Under the pieces are notes generated by a model. It saw nothing but the letters and a program-made list of their open reading frames with translations, was not told where the DNA came from and did not search any database. A program made the position numbers and the translations under genes. DNA of 64,000 bases from the human T2T-CHM13v2.0 reference genome, Homo sapiens, in the NCBI RefSeq assembly GCF_009914755.1, contig NC_060943.1, one strand, 5' to 3'. How positions within the stretch are numbered: the first letter of the stretch is position 1; each line of letters opens with the position of its first letter. Of this stretch, positions 53,501-64,000 are shown one piece after another.

Positions 53501-56500
53501 AAGTCTGCAAGTGGATATTCAGACATCCTTGAGGCTTTCGTTTGAAACGGGATTTCTTCATATTCTGCTAGAAAGAAGAATTCTCAGTAACTTCCTTGTG
53601 TTGTGTGTATTCAACTCACAGAGTTGAACGATCCTTTACACAGAGCAGACTTGAAACACTCTTTTTGTGGAATTTGCAAGTGGAGATTTCAGCCGCTTTG
53701 AGTTCAATGGTAGAATAGGAAATATCTTCCTATAGAAACTAGACAGAATGATTCTCAGAAACTCCTTTGTGATGTGTGCGTTCAACTCACAGAGTTTAAC
53801 CTTTCTTTTCATAGAGCAGTTGGGAAACACTCTGTTTGTAAAGTCTGCAAGTGGATATTCAGACATCCTTGAGGCTTTCGTTGGAAACGGGATTTCTTCA
53901 TATTCTGCTAGAAAGAAGAATTCTCAGTAACTTCCTTGTGTTGTGTGTATTCAACTCACAGAGTTGAACGATCCTTTACACAGAGCAGACTTGAAACACT
54001 CTTTTTGTGGAATTTGCAAGTGGAGATTTCAGCCGCTTTGAGTTCAATGGTAGAATAGGAAATATCTTCCTATAGAAACTAGACAGAATGATTCTCAGAA
54101 ACTCCTTTGTGATGTGTGCGTTCAACTCACAGAGTTCAACCTTTCTTTTAATAGAGCAGTTGGGAAACACTCTGTTTGTAAATTCTGCAAGTGGATATTC
54201 AGACTTCTTTGAGGCCTTCGTTGGAAGCGGGATTTCTTCATATTCTGCTAGACAGAAGAATTCTCAGTAACTGCCTTGTGTTGTGTGTATTCAACTCACA
54301 GAGTTGAACGATCCTTTACACAGAGCAGACTTGAAACACTCTTTTTGTGGAATTTGCAAGTGGAGATTTCAGCCGCTTTGAGGTCAATGGTAGAATAGGA
54401 AATATCTTCCTATAGAAACTAGACAGAATGATTCTCAGAAACTCCTTTGTGATGTGTGCGTTCAACTCACAGAGTTCAACCTTTCTTTTCATAGAGCAGT
54501 TGGGAAACACTCTGTTTGTAAAGTCTGCAAGTGGATATTCAGACTTCTTTGAGGCCTTCGTTGGAAGCGGGATTTCTTCATATTCTGCTAGACAGAAGAA
54601 TTCTCAGTAACTGCCTTGTGTTGTGTGTATTCAACTCACAGAGTTGAACGATCCTTTACACAGAGCAGACTTGAAACACTCTTTTTGTGGAATTTGCAAG
54701 TGGAGATTTCAGCCGCTTTGAGGTCAATGGTAGAATAGGAAATATCTTCCTATAGAAACTAGACAGAATGATTCTCAGAAACTCCTTTGTGATGTGTGCG
54801 TTCAACTCACAGAGTTTAACCTTTCTTTTCATAGAGCAGTTAGGAAACACTCTGTTTGTAAAGTCTGCAAGTGGATATTCAGACATCCTTGAGGCTTTCG
54901 TTGGAAACGGGATTTCTTCATATTCTGCTAGAAAGAAGAATTCTCAGTAACTTCCTTGTGTTGTGTGTATTCAACTCACAGAGTTGAACGAACCTTTACA
55001 CAGAGCAGACTTGAAACACTCTTTTTGTGGAATTTGCAAGTGGAGATTTCAGCCGCTTTGAGGTCAATGGTAGAATAGGAAATATCTTCCTATAGAAACT
55101 AGACAGAATGATTCTCAGAAACTCCTTTGTGATGTGTGCGTTCAACTCACAGAGTTTAACCTTTCTTTTCATAGAGCAGTTAGGAAACACTCTGTTTGTA
55201 AAGTCTGCAAGTGGATATTCAGACCTCCTTGAGGCCTTCGTTGGAAACGGGATTTCTTCATATTATGCTAGACAGAAGAATTCTCAGTAACTTCCTTGTG
55301 TTGTGTGTATTCAACTCACAGAGTTGAACGATCCTTTACACAGAGCAGACTTGAAACACTCTTTTTGTGGAATTTGCAAGTGGAGATTTCAGCCGCTTTG
55401 AGGTCAATGGTAGAATAGGAAATATCTTCCTATAGAAACTAGACAGAATGATTCTCAGAAACTCCTTTGTGATGTGTGCGTTCAACTCACACACTTTAAC
55501 CTTTCTTTTCATAGAGCAGTTAGGAAACACTCTGTTTGTAAAGTCTGCAAGTGGATATTCAGACCTCTTTGAGGCATTCGTTGGAAACGGGATTTCTACA
55601 TATTATGCTAGACAGAAGAATTCTCAGTAACTTCCTTGTGTTGTGTGTATTCAACTCACAGAGTTGAACGATCCTTTACACAGAGCAGACTTGAAACACT
55701 CTTTTTGTGGATTTTGCAAGTGGAGATTTCAGCCGCTTTGAGTTCAATGGTAGAATAGGAAATATCTTCCTATAGAAACTAGACAGAATGATTCTCAGAA
55801 ACTCCTTTGTGATGTGTGCGTTCAACTCACAGAGTTCAACCTTTCTTTTCATAGAGCAGTTGGGAAACACTCTGTTTGTAAAGTCTGCAAGTGGATATTC
55901 AGACTTCTTTGAGGCCTTCGTTGGAAGCGGGATTTCTTCATGTTCAGCTAGACAGAAGAATTCTCAGAAACTTCCTTGTGTTGTGTGTATTCAACTCACA
56001 GAGTTGAACGATCCTTTACACAGAGCAGACTTGAAACACTCCTTTTGTGGAATTTGCAAGTGGAGATTTCAGCCGCTTTGAGGTCAATGGTAGAATAGGA
56101 AATATCTTCCTATAGAAACTAGACAGAATGATTCTCAGAAACTCCTTTGTGATGTGTGCGTTCAACTCACAGAGTTCAACCTTTCTTTTCATAGAGCAGT
56201 TGGGAAACACTCTGTTTGTAAAGTCAGCAAGTGGATATTCAGACTTCTTTGAGGCCTTCGTTGGAAGCGGGATTTCTTCATGTTCTAGACAGAAGAATTC
56301 TCAGAAACTTCCTTGTGTTGTGTGTTTTCAACTCACAGAGTTGAACGATCCTTTACACAGAGCAGACTTGAAACACTCCTTTTGTGGAATTTGCAAGTGG
56401 AGATTTCAGCCGCTTTGAGGTCAATGGTAGAATAGGAAATATCTTCCTATAGAAAGTAGACAGAATGATTCTCAGAAACTCCTTTGTGATGTGTGCGTTC

Positions 56501-59500
56501 AACTCACAGAGTTTAACCTTTCTTTTCATAGAGCAGTTAGGAAACACTCTGTTTGTAAAGTCTGCAAGTGGATATTCAGACCTCCTTGAGGCCTTCGTTG
56601 GAAACAGGATTTCTTCATATTCTGCTAGACAGAAGAATTCTCAGTAACTTCCTTGTGTTGTGTGTATTCAACTCACAGAGTTGAACGATCCTTTACACAG
56701 AGCAGACTTGAAACACTCCTTTTGTGGAATTTGCAAGTGGAGATTTCAGCCGCTTTGAGTTCAATGGTAGAATAGGAAATATCTTCCTATAGAAACTAGA
56801 CAGAATGATTCTCAGAAACTCCTTTGTGATGTGTGCGTTCAACTCACAGAGTTTAACCTTTCTTTTCATAGAGCAGTTGGGAAACACTCTGTTTGTAAAG
56901 TCTGCAAGTGGATATTCAGACTTCTTTGAGGCCTTCGTTGGAAGCGGGATTTCTTCATATTCTGCTAGACAGAAGAATTCTCAGTAACTGCCTTGTGTTG
57001 TGTGTATTCAACTCACAGAGTTGAACGATCCTTTACACAGAGCAGACTTGAAACACTCTTTTTGTGGAATTTGCAAATGGAGATTTCAGCCGCTGTGAGG
57101 TCAATGGTAGAATAGGAAATATCTTCCTATAGAAACTAGACAGAATGATTCTCAGAAACTCCTTTGTGATGTGTGCGTTCAACTCACAGAGTTCAACCTT
57201 TCTTTTCATAGAGCAGTTGGGAAACACTCTGTTTGTAAAGTCTGCAAGTGGATATTCAGACTTCTTTGAGGCCTTCGTTGGAAGCGGGATTTCTTCATAT
57301 TCTGCTAGACAGAAGAATTCTCAGTAACTGCCTTGTGTTGTGTGTATTCAACTCACAGAGTTGAACGATCCTTTACACAGAGCAGACTTGAAACACTCTT
57401 TTTGTGGAATTTGCAAGTGGAGATTTCAGCCGCTTTGAGGTCAATGGTAGAATAGGAAATATCTTCCTATAGAAACTAGACAGAATGATTCTCAGAAACT
57501 CCTTTGTGATGTGTGCGTTCAACTCACAGAGTTTAACCTTTCTTTTCATAGAGCAGTTAGGAAACACTCTGTTTGTAAAGTCTGCAAGTGGATATTCAGA
57601 CATCCTTGAGGCTTTCGTTGGAAACGGGATTTCTTCATATTCTGCTAGAAAGAAGAATTCTCAGTAACTTCCTTGTGTTGTGTGTATTCAACTCACAGAG
57701 TTGAACGATCCTTTACACAGAGCAGACTTGAAACACTCTTTTTGTGGAATTTGCAAGTGGAGATTTCAGCCGCTTTGAGGTCAATGGTAGAATAGGAAAT
57801 ATCTTCCTATAGAAACTAGACAGAATGATTCTCAGAAACTCCTTTGTGATGTGTGCGTTCAACTCACAGAGTTTAACCTTTCTTTTCATAGAGCAGTTAG
57901 GAAACACTCTGTTTGTAAAGTCTGCAAGTGGATATTCAGACCTCCTTGAGGCCTTCGTTGGAAACGGGATTTCTTCATATTATGCTAGACAGAAGAATTC
58001 TCAGTAACTTCCTTGTGTTGTGTGTATTCAACTCACAGAGTTGAACGATCCTTTACACAGAGCAGACTTGAAACACTCTTTTTGTGGAATTTGCAAGTGG
58101 AGATTTCAGCCGCTTTGAGGTCAATGGTAGAATAGGAAATATCTTCCTATAGAAACTAGACAGAATGATTCTCAGAAACTCCTTTGTGATGTGTGCGTTC
58201 AACTCACACAGTTTAACCTTTCTTTTCATAGAGCAGTTAGGAAACACTCTGTTTGTAAAGTCTGCAAGTGGATATTCAGACCTCCTTGAGGCATTCGTTG
58301 GAAACGGGATTTCTACATATTATGCTAGACAGAAGAATTCTCAGTAACTTCCTTGTGTTGTGTGTATTCAACTCACAGAGTTGAACGATCCTTTACACAG
58401 AGCAGACTTGAAACACTCTTTTTGTGGATTTTGCAAGTGGAGATTTCAGCCGCTTTGAGTTCAATGGTAGAATAGGAAATATCTTCCTATAGAAACTAGA
58501 CAGAATGATTCTCAGAAACTCCTTTGTGATGTGTGCGTTCAACTCACAGAGTTCAACCTTTCTTTTCATAGAGCAATTGGGAAACACTCTGTTTGTAAAG
58601 TCTGCAAGTGGATATTCAGACTTCTTTGAGGCCTTCGTTGGAAGCGGGATTTCTTCATGTTCAGCTAGACAGAAGAATTCTCAGAAACTTCCTTGTGTTG
58701 TGTGTTTTCAACTCACAGAGTTGAACGATCCTTTACACAGAGCAGACTTGAAACACTCCTTTTGTGGAATTTGCAAGTGGAGATTTCAGCCGCTTTGAGG
58801 TCAATGGTAGAATAGGAAATATCTTCCTATAGAAACTAGACAGAATGATTCTCAGAAACTCCTTTGTGATGTGTGCGTTCAACTCACAGAGTTTAACCTT
58901 TCTTTTCATAGAGCAGTTAGGAAACACTCTGTTTGTAAAGTCTGCAAGTGGATATTCAGACATCCTTGAGGCTTTCGTTTGAAACGGGATTTCTTCATAT
59001 TCTGCTAGAAAGAAGAATTCTCAGTAACTTCCTTGTGTTGTGTGTATTCAACTCACAGAGTTGAACGATCCTTTACACAGAGCAGACTTGAAACACTCTT
59101 TTTGTGGAATTTGCAAGTGGAGATTTCAGCCGCTTTGAGTTCAATGGTAGAATAGGAAATATCTTCCTATAGAAACTAGACAGAATGATTCTCAGAAACT
59201 CCTTTGTGATGTGTGCGTTCAACTCACAGAGTTTAACCTTTCTTTTCATAGAGCAGTTGGGAAACACTCTGTTTGTAAAGTCTGCAAGTGGATATTCAGA
59301 CATCCTTGAGGCTTTCGTTGGAAACGGGATTTCTTCATATTCTGCTAGAAAGAAGAATTCTCAGTAACTTCCTTGTGTTGTGTGTATTCAACTCACAGAG
59401 TTGAACGATCCTTTACACAGAGCAGACTTGAAACACTCTTTTTGTGGAATTTGCAAGTGGAGATTTCAGCCGCTTTGAGTTCAATGGTAGAATAGGAAAT

Positions 59501-60880
59501 ATCTTCCTATAGAAACTAGACAGAATGATTCTCAGAAACTCCTTTGTGATGTGTGCGTTCAACTCACAGAGTTCAACCTTTCTTTTCATAGAGCAGTTGG
59601 GAAACACTCTGTTTGTAAATTCTGCAAGTGGATATTCAGACTTCTTTGAGGCCTTCGTTGGAAGCGGGATTTCTTCATATTCTGCTAGACAGAAGAATTC
59701 TCAGTAACTGCCTTGTGTTGTGTGTATTCAACTCACAGAGTTGAACGATCCTTTACACAGAGCAGACTTGAAACACTCTTTTTGTGGAATTTGCAAGTGG
59801 AGATTTCAGCCGCTTTGAGGTCAATGGTAGAATAGGAAATATCTTCCTATAGAAACTAGACAGAATGATTCTCAGAAACTCCTTTGTGATGTGTGCGTTC
59901 AACTCACAGAGTTCAACCTTTCTTTTCATAGAGCAGTTGGGAAACACTCTGTTTGTAAAGTCTGCAAGTGGATATTCAGACTTCTTTGAGGCCTTCGTTG
60001 GAAGCGGGATTTCTTCATATTCTGCTAGACAGAAGAATTCTCAGTAACTGCCTTGTGTTGTGTGTATTCAACTCACAGAGTTGAACGATCCTTTACACAG
60101 AGCAGACTTGAAACACTCTTTTTGTGGAATTTGCAAGTGGAGATTTCAGCCGCTTTGAGGTCAATGGTAGAATAGGAAATATCTTCCTATAGAAACTAGA
60201 CAGAATGATTCTCAGAAACTCCTTTGTGATGTGTGCGTTCAACTCACAGAGTTTAACCTTTCTTTTCATAGAGCAGTTAGGAAACACTCTGTTTGTAAAG
60301 TCTGCAAGTGGATATTCAGACATCCTTGAGGCTTTCGTTGGAAACGGGATTTCTTCATATTCTGCTAGAAAGAAGAATTCTCAGTAACTTCCTTGTGTTG
60401 TGTGTATTCAACTCACAGAGTTGAACGAACCTTTACACAGAGCAGACTTGAAACACTCTTTTTGTGGAATTTGCAAGTGGAGATTTCAGCCGCTTTGAGG
60501 TCAATGGTAGAATAGGAAATATCTTCCTATAGAAACTAGACAGAATGATTCTCAGAAACTCCTTTGTGATGTGTGCGTTCAACTCACAGAGTTTAACCTT
60601 TCTTTTCATAGAGCAGTTAGGAAACACTCTGTTTGTAAAGTCTGCAAGTGGATATTCAGACCTCCTTGAGGCCTTCGTTGGAAACGGGATTTCTTCATAT
60701 TATGCTAGACAGAAGAATTCTCAGTAACTTCCTTGTGTTGTGTGTATTCAACTCACAGAGTTGAACGATCCTTTACACAGAGCAGACTTGAAACACTCTT
60801 TTTGTGGAATTTGCAAGTGGAGATTTCAGCCGCTTTGAGGTCAATGGTAGAATAGGAAATATCTTCCTATAGAAACTAGA
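50560..60880 (+). repeat. Tandem duplication with a 5437-bp period (16 dimers minus 3 bp)
   Basis: The 3-bp deletion TGTTCTAGAC (50847/56284) and the variants GTCAGCAA, GCAAATGGAGA, GAGCAATT, CGTTTGAAAC, GTAAATTC and AACGAACC all recur at +5437. Confidence 0.88.
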
Positions 60881-61224
60881 CAGAATGATTCTCAGAAACT
60901 CCTTTGTGATGTGTGCGTTCAACTCACAGAGTTCAACCTTTCTTTTCATAGAGCAGTTGGGAAACACTCTGTTTGTAAAGTCTGCAAGTGGATATTCAGA
61001 CTTCTTTGAGGCCTTCGTTGGAAGCGGGATTTCTTCATGTTCAGCTAGACAGAAGAATTCTCAGAAACTTCCTTGTGTTGTGTGTATTCAACTCACAGAG
61101 TTGAACGATCCTTTACACAGAGCAGACTTGAAACATTCCTTTTGTGGAATTTGCAAGTGGAGATTTCAGCCGCTTTGAGGTCAATGGTAGAATAGGAAAT
61201 ATCTTCCTATAGAAACTAGACAGA

Positions 61225-64000
61225 ATGATTCTCAGAAACTCCTTTGTGATGTGTGCGTTCAACTCACAGAGTTTAACCTTTCTTTTCATAGAGCAGTTAG
61301 GAAACACTCTGTTTGTAAAGTCTGCAAGTGGATATTCAGACATCCTTGAGGCTTTCGTTGGAAACGGGATTTCTTCATATTCTGCCAGAAAGAAGAATTC
61401 TCAGTAACTTCCTTGTGTTGTGTGTATTCAACTCACAGAGTTGAACGATCCTTTACACAGAGCAGACTTGAAACACTCTTTTTGTGGAATTTGCAAGTGG
61501 AGATTTCAGCCGCTTTGAGGTCAATGGTAGAATAGGAAATATCTTCCTATAGAAACTAGACAGAATGATTCTCAGAAACTCCTTTGTGATGTGTGCGTTC
61601 AACTCACAGAGTTTAACCTTTCTTTTCATAGAGCAGTTGGGAAACACTCTGTTTGTAAAGTCTGCAAGTGGATATTCAGACCTCCTTGAGGCCTTCGTTG
61701 GAAGCGGGATTTCTTCATGTTCTGCTAGACAGAAGAATTCTCAGAAACTTCCTTGTGTTGTGTGTTTTCAACTCACAGAGTTGAACGATCCTTTACACAG
61801 AGCAGACTTGAAACACTCCTTTTGTGGAATTTGCAAGTGGAGATTTCAGCCGCTTTGAGGTCAATGGTAGAAAAGGAAATATCTTCGTATAAAAACTAGA
61901 CAGAATGATTCTCAGAAACTCCTTTGTGATGTGTGCGTTCAACTCACAGATTTTAACCTTTCTTTTCATAGAGCAGTTAGGAAACACTCTGTTTGTAAAG
62001 TCTGCAAGTGGATATTCAGACCTCCTTGAGGCCTTCGTTGGAAACGGGATTTCTTCATATTATGCTAGACAGAAGAATTCTCAGTAACTTCCTTGTGTTG
62101 TGTGTATTCAACTCACAGAGTTGAACGATCCTTTACACAGAGCAGACTTGAAACACTCTTTTTGTGGAATTTGCAAGTGGAGATTTCAGCCGCTTTGAGG
62201 TCAATGGTAGAATAGGAAATATCTTCCTATAGAAACTAGACAGAATGATTCTCAGAAACTCCTTTGTGATGTGTGCGTTCAACTCACACAGTTTAACCTT
62301 TCTTTTCATAGAGCAGTTAGGAAACACTCTGTTTGTAAAGTCTGCAAGTGGATATTCAGACCTCCTTGAGGCATTCGTTGGAAACGGGATTTCTTCATAT
62401 TATGCTAGACAGAAGAATTCTCAGTAACTTCTTGTGGTGTGTGTATTCAACTCACAGAGTTGAACGATCCTTTACACAGAGCAGACTTGAAACACTCTTT
62501 TTGTGGAATTTGCAAGTGGAGATTTCAGCCGCTTTGAGTTCAATGGTAGAATAGGAAATATCTTCCTGTAGAAACTAGACAGAATGATTCTCAGAAACTC
62601 CTTTGTGATGTGTGCGTTCAACTCACAGAGTTCAACCTTTCTTTTCATAGAGCAGTTGGGAAACACTCTGTTTGTAAAGTCTGCAAGTGGATATTCACAC
62701 TTCTTTGAGGCCTTCGTTGGAAGCGGGATTTCTTCATGTTCTGCTAGACAGAAGAATTCTCAGTAACTGCCTTGTGTTGTGTGTATTCAACTCACAGAGT
62801 TGAACGATCCTTTACACAGAGCAGACTTGAAACACTCCTTTTGTGGAATTTGCAAGTGGAGATTTCAGCCGCTTTGAGGTCAATGGTAGAATAGGAAATA
62901 TCTTCCTATAGAAACTAGACAGAATGATTCTCAGAAACTCCTTTGTGATGTGTGCGTTCAACTCACAGAGTTTAACCTTTCTTTTCATAGAGCAGTTAGG
63001 AAACACTCTGTTTGTAAAGTCTGCAAGTGGATATTCAGACATCCTTGAGGCTTTCGTTGGAAACGGGATTTCTTCATATTCTGCTAGAAAGAAGAATTCT
63101 CAGTAACTTCCTTGTGTTGTGTGTATTCAACTCACAGAGTTGAACGATCCTTTACACAGAGCAGACTTGAAACACTCTTTTTGTGGAATTTGCAAGTGGA
63201 GATTTCAGCCGCTTTGAGGTCAATGTTAGAATAGGAAATATCTTCCTATAGAAACTAGACAGAATGATTCTCAGAACCTCCTTTGTGATGTGTGCGTTCA
63301 ACTCACAGAGTTTAACCTTTCTTTTCATAGAGCAGTTAGGAAACACTCTGTTTGTAAAGTCTGCAAGTGGATATTCAGACATCCTTGAGGCTTTCGTTGG
63401 AAACGGGATTTCTTCATATTCTGCTAGAAAGAAGAATTCTCAGTAACTTCCTTGTGTTGTGTGTATTCAACTCACAGAGTTGAACGATCCTTTACACAGA
63501 GCAGACTTGAAACACTCTTTTTGTGGAATTTGCAAGTGGAGATTTCAGCCGCTTTGAGGTCAATGGTAGAATAGGAAATATCTTCCTATAGAAACTAGAC
63601 AGAATGATTCTCAGAAACTCCTTTGTGATGTGTGCGTTCAACTCACAGAGTTTAACCTTTCTTTTCATAGAGCAGTTGGGAAACACTCTGTTTGTAAAGT
63701 CTGCAAGTGGATATTCAGACCTCCTTGAGGCTTTCGTTGGAAACGGGATTTCTTCATATTCTGCTAGAAAGAAGAATTCTCAGTAACTTCCTTGTGTTGT
63801 GTGTATTCAACTCACAGAGTTGAACGATCCTTTACACAGAGCAGACTTGAAACACTCTTTTTGTGGAATTTGCAAGTGGAGATTTCAGCCGCTTTGAGGT
63901 CAATGGTAGAATAGGAAATATCTTCCTATAGAAACTAGACAGAATGATTCTCAGAAACTCCTTTGTGATGTGTGCGTTCAACTCACAGAGTTTAACCTTT
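61225..64000 (+). repeat. Block paralogous to ~41172-43947 (offset 20053 bp = 59 dimers minus 7 bp)
   Basis: A 10-mer unit is followed by the rare AATGTTAG + GAACCTCC dimer (43211/63264) and the hybrid GACCTCCTTGAGGCTTTCG dimer (43551/63604). Confidence 0.85.

Larger units (their letters stand above)
1..64000 (+). repeat. Centromeric alpha-satellite array, SF1 340-bp dimer (probably D1Z7/D5Z2/D19Z3, S1C1/5/19H1L); about 188 dimers, continuing past both window edges
   Basis: Strict 340-bp periodicity (unit starts 44, 384, 723, 1063 ... 63604, 63944). Each unit has two related ~170-bp halves with alphoid motifs (ATTCTCAGAAACT, TTCAACTCACAGAG, GAAACACTCT, TGCAAGTGGA). A CENP-B box monomer alternates with an A-box monomer, and there is one GAATTC per dimer (classic 340-bp EcoRI family). 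The chr1/5/19 assignment is from recall of the family. Confidence 0.97.

Noticed and set aside
53536-53552. TTTCGTTTGAAACGGGA variant box (also at 58973) as a CENP-B knock-out
   Set aside because: The change is at a non-core position of NTTCGNNNNANNCGGGN, so I counted it as intact. The same applies to the ATTCG first-base variants.
44-63786. Hundreds of 60-101 aa ORFs on both strands (MILRNSFVMCAF..., MFPNCSMKRK..., MSEYPLADF...)
   Set aside because: They are translations of the 340-bp satellite unit. They overlap antisense, are freely broken by stops and frameshifts, and resemble no protein domain I recognise. I used them only as variant markers.
1-64000. CRISPR-like or diversity-generating repeat array
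   Set aside because: There are no unique spacers. Whole units are near-identical end to end, and no cas, reverse transcriptase or recombinase gene is present.
1-64000. L1/Alu insertion, inversion or monomeric alpha-satellite transition
   Set aside because: The 340-bp phase holds across the window apart from about 20 bp of summed small deletions. There is no foreign sequence or strand switch.
1-64000. Assignment to a specific chromosome or to the kinetochore (CENP-A/CDR) domain
   Set aside because: Chromosomes 1, 5 and 19 share this array family. Chromatin and methylation state cannot be read from sequence.
1-64000. Synthetic Markov-model centromere sequence (GRCh38-style reference model)
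   Set aside because: Multi-kilobase colinear sharing of rare variants at exact offsets is not expected from a low-order model and favours a real long-read assembly. Local misassembly cannot be excluded.

Overview
The whole 64 kb window is one uninterrupted, single-orientation array of primate, very likely human, centromeric alpha satellite. It is built from a 340-bp dimer of suprachromosomal family 1 (SF1; J1/J2-type ~169+171 bp monomers), with one CENP-B box and one EcoRI site per dimer. This best fits the active D1Z7/D5Z2/D19Z3 (S1C1/5/19H1L) array, but I cannot tell the chromosome from the sequence alone. About 188 dimers are present. I see no genes, transposon insertions, inversions or CRISPR array, and all ORFs in the track are translations of the satellite. 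The informative signal lies in the shared variants, which show nested duplications: a 1699-bp 10-mer, a 2040-bp 12-mer, tandem blocks of 9517 and 5437 bp, and paralogous blocks at offsets of 8157, 10197, 12236 and 20053 bp. There are also apparent short gene-conversion tracts, a mutation-rich layer at about 43-50.5 kb, CpG-restricted loss of CENP-B boxes, and a 7-bp dyad in the A-box monomer. All comparisons were made by eye with the ORF track as a variant ruler, so counts and breakpoints are approximate. I found no evidence for a novel protein-coding system.
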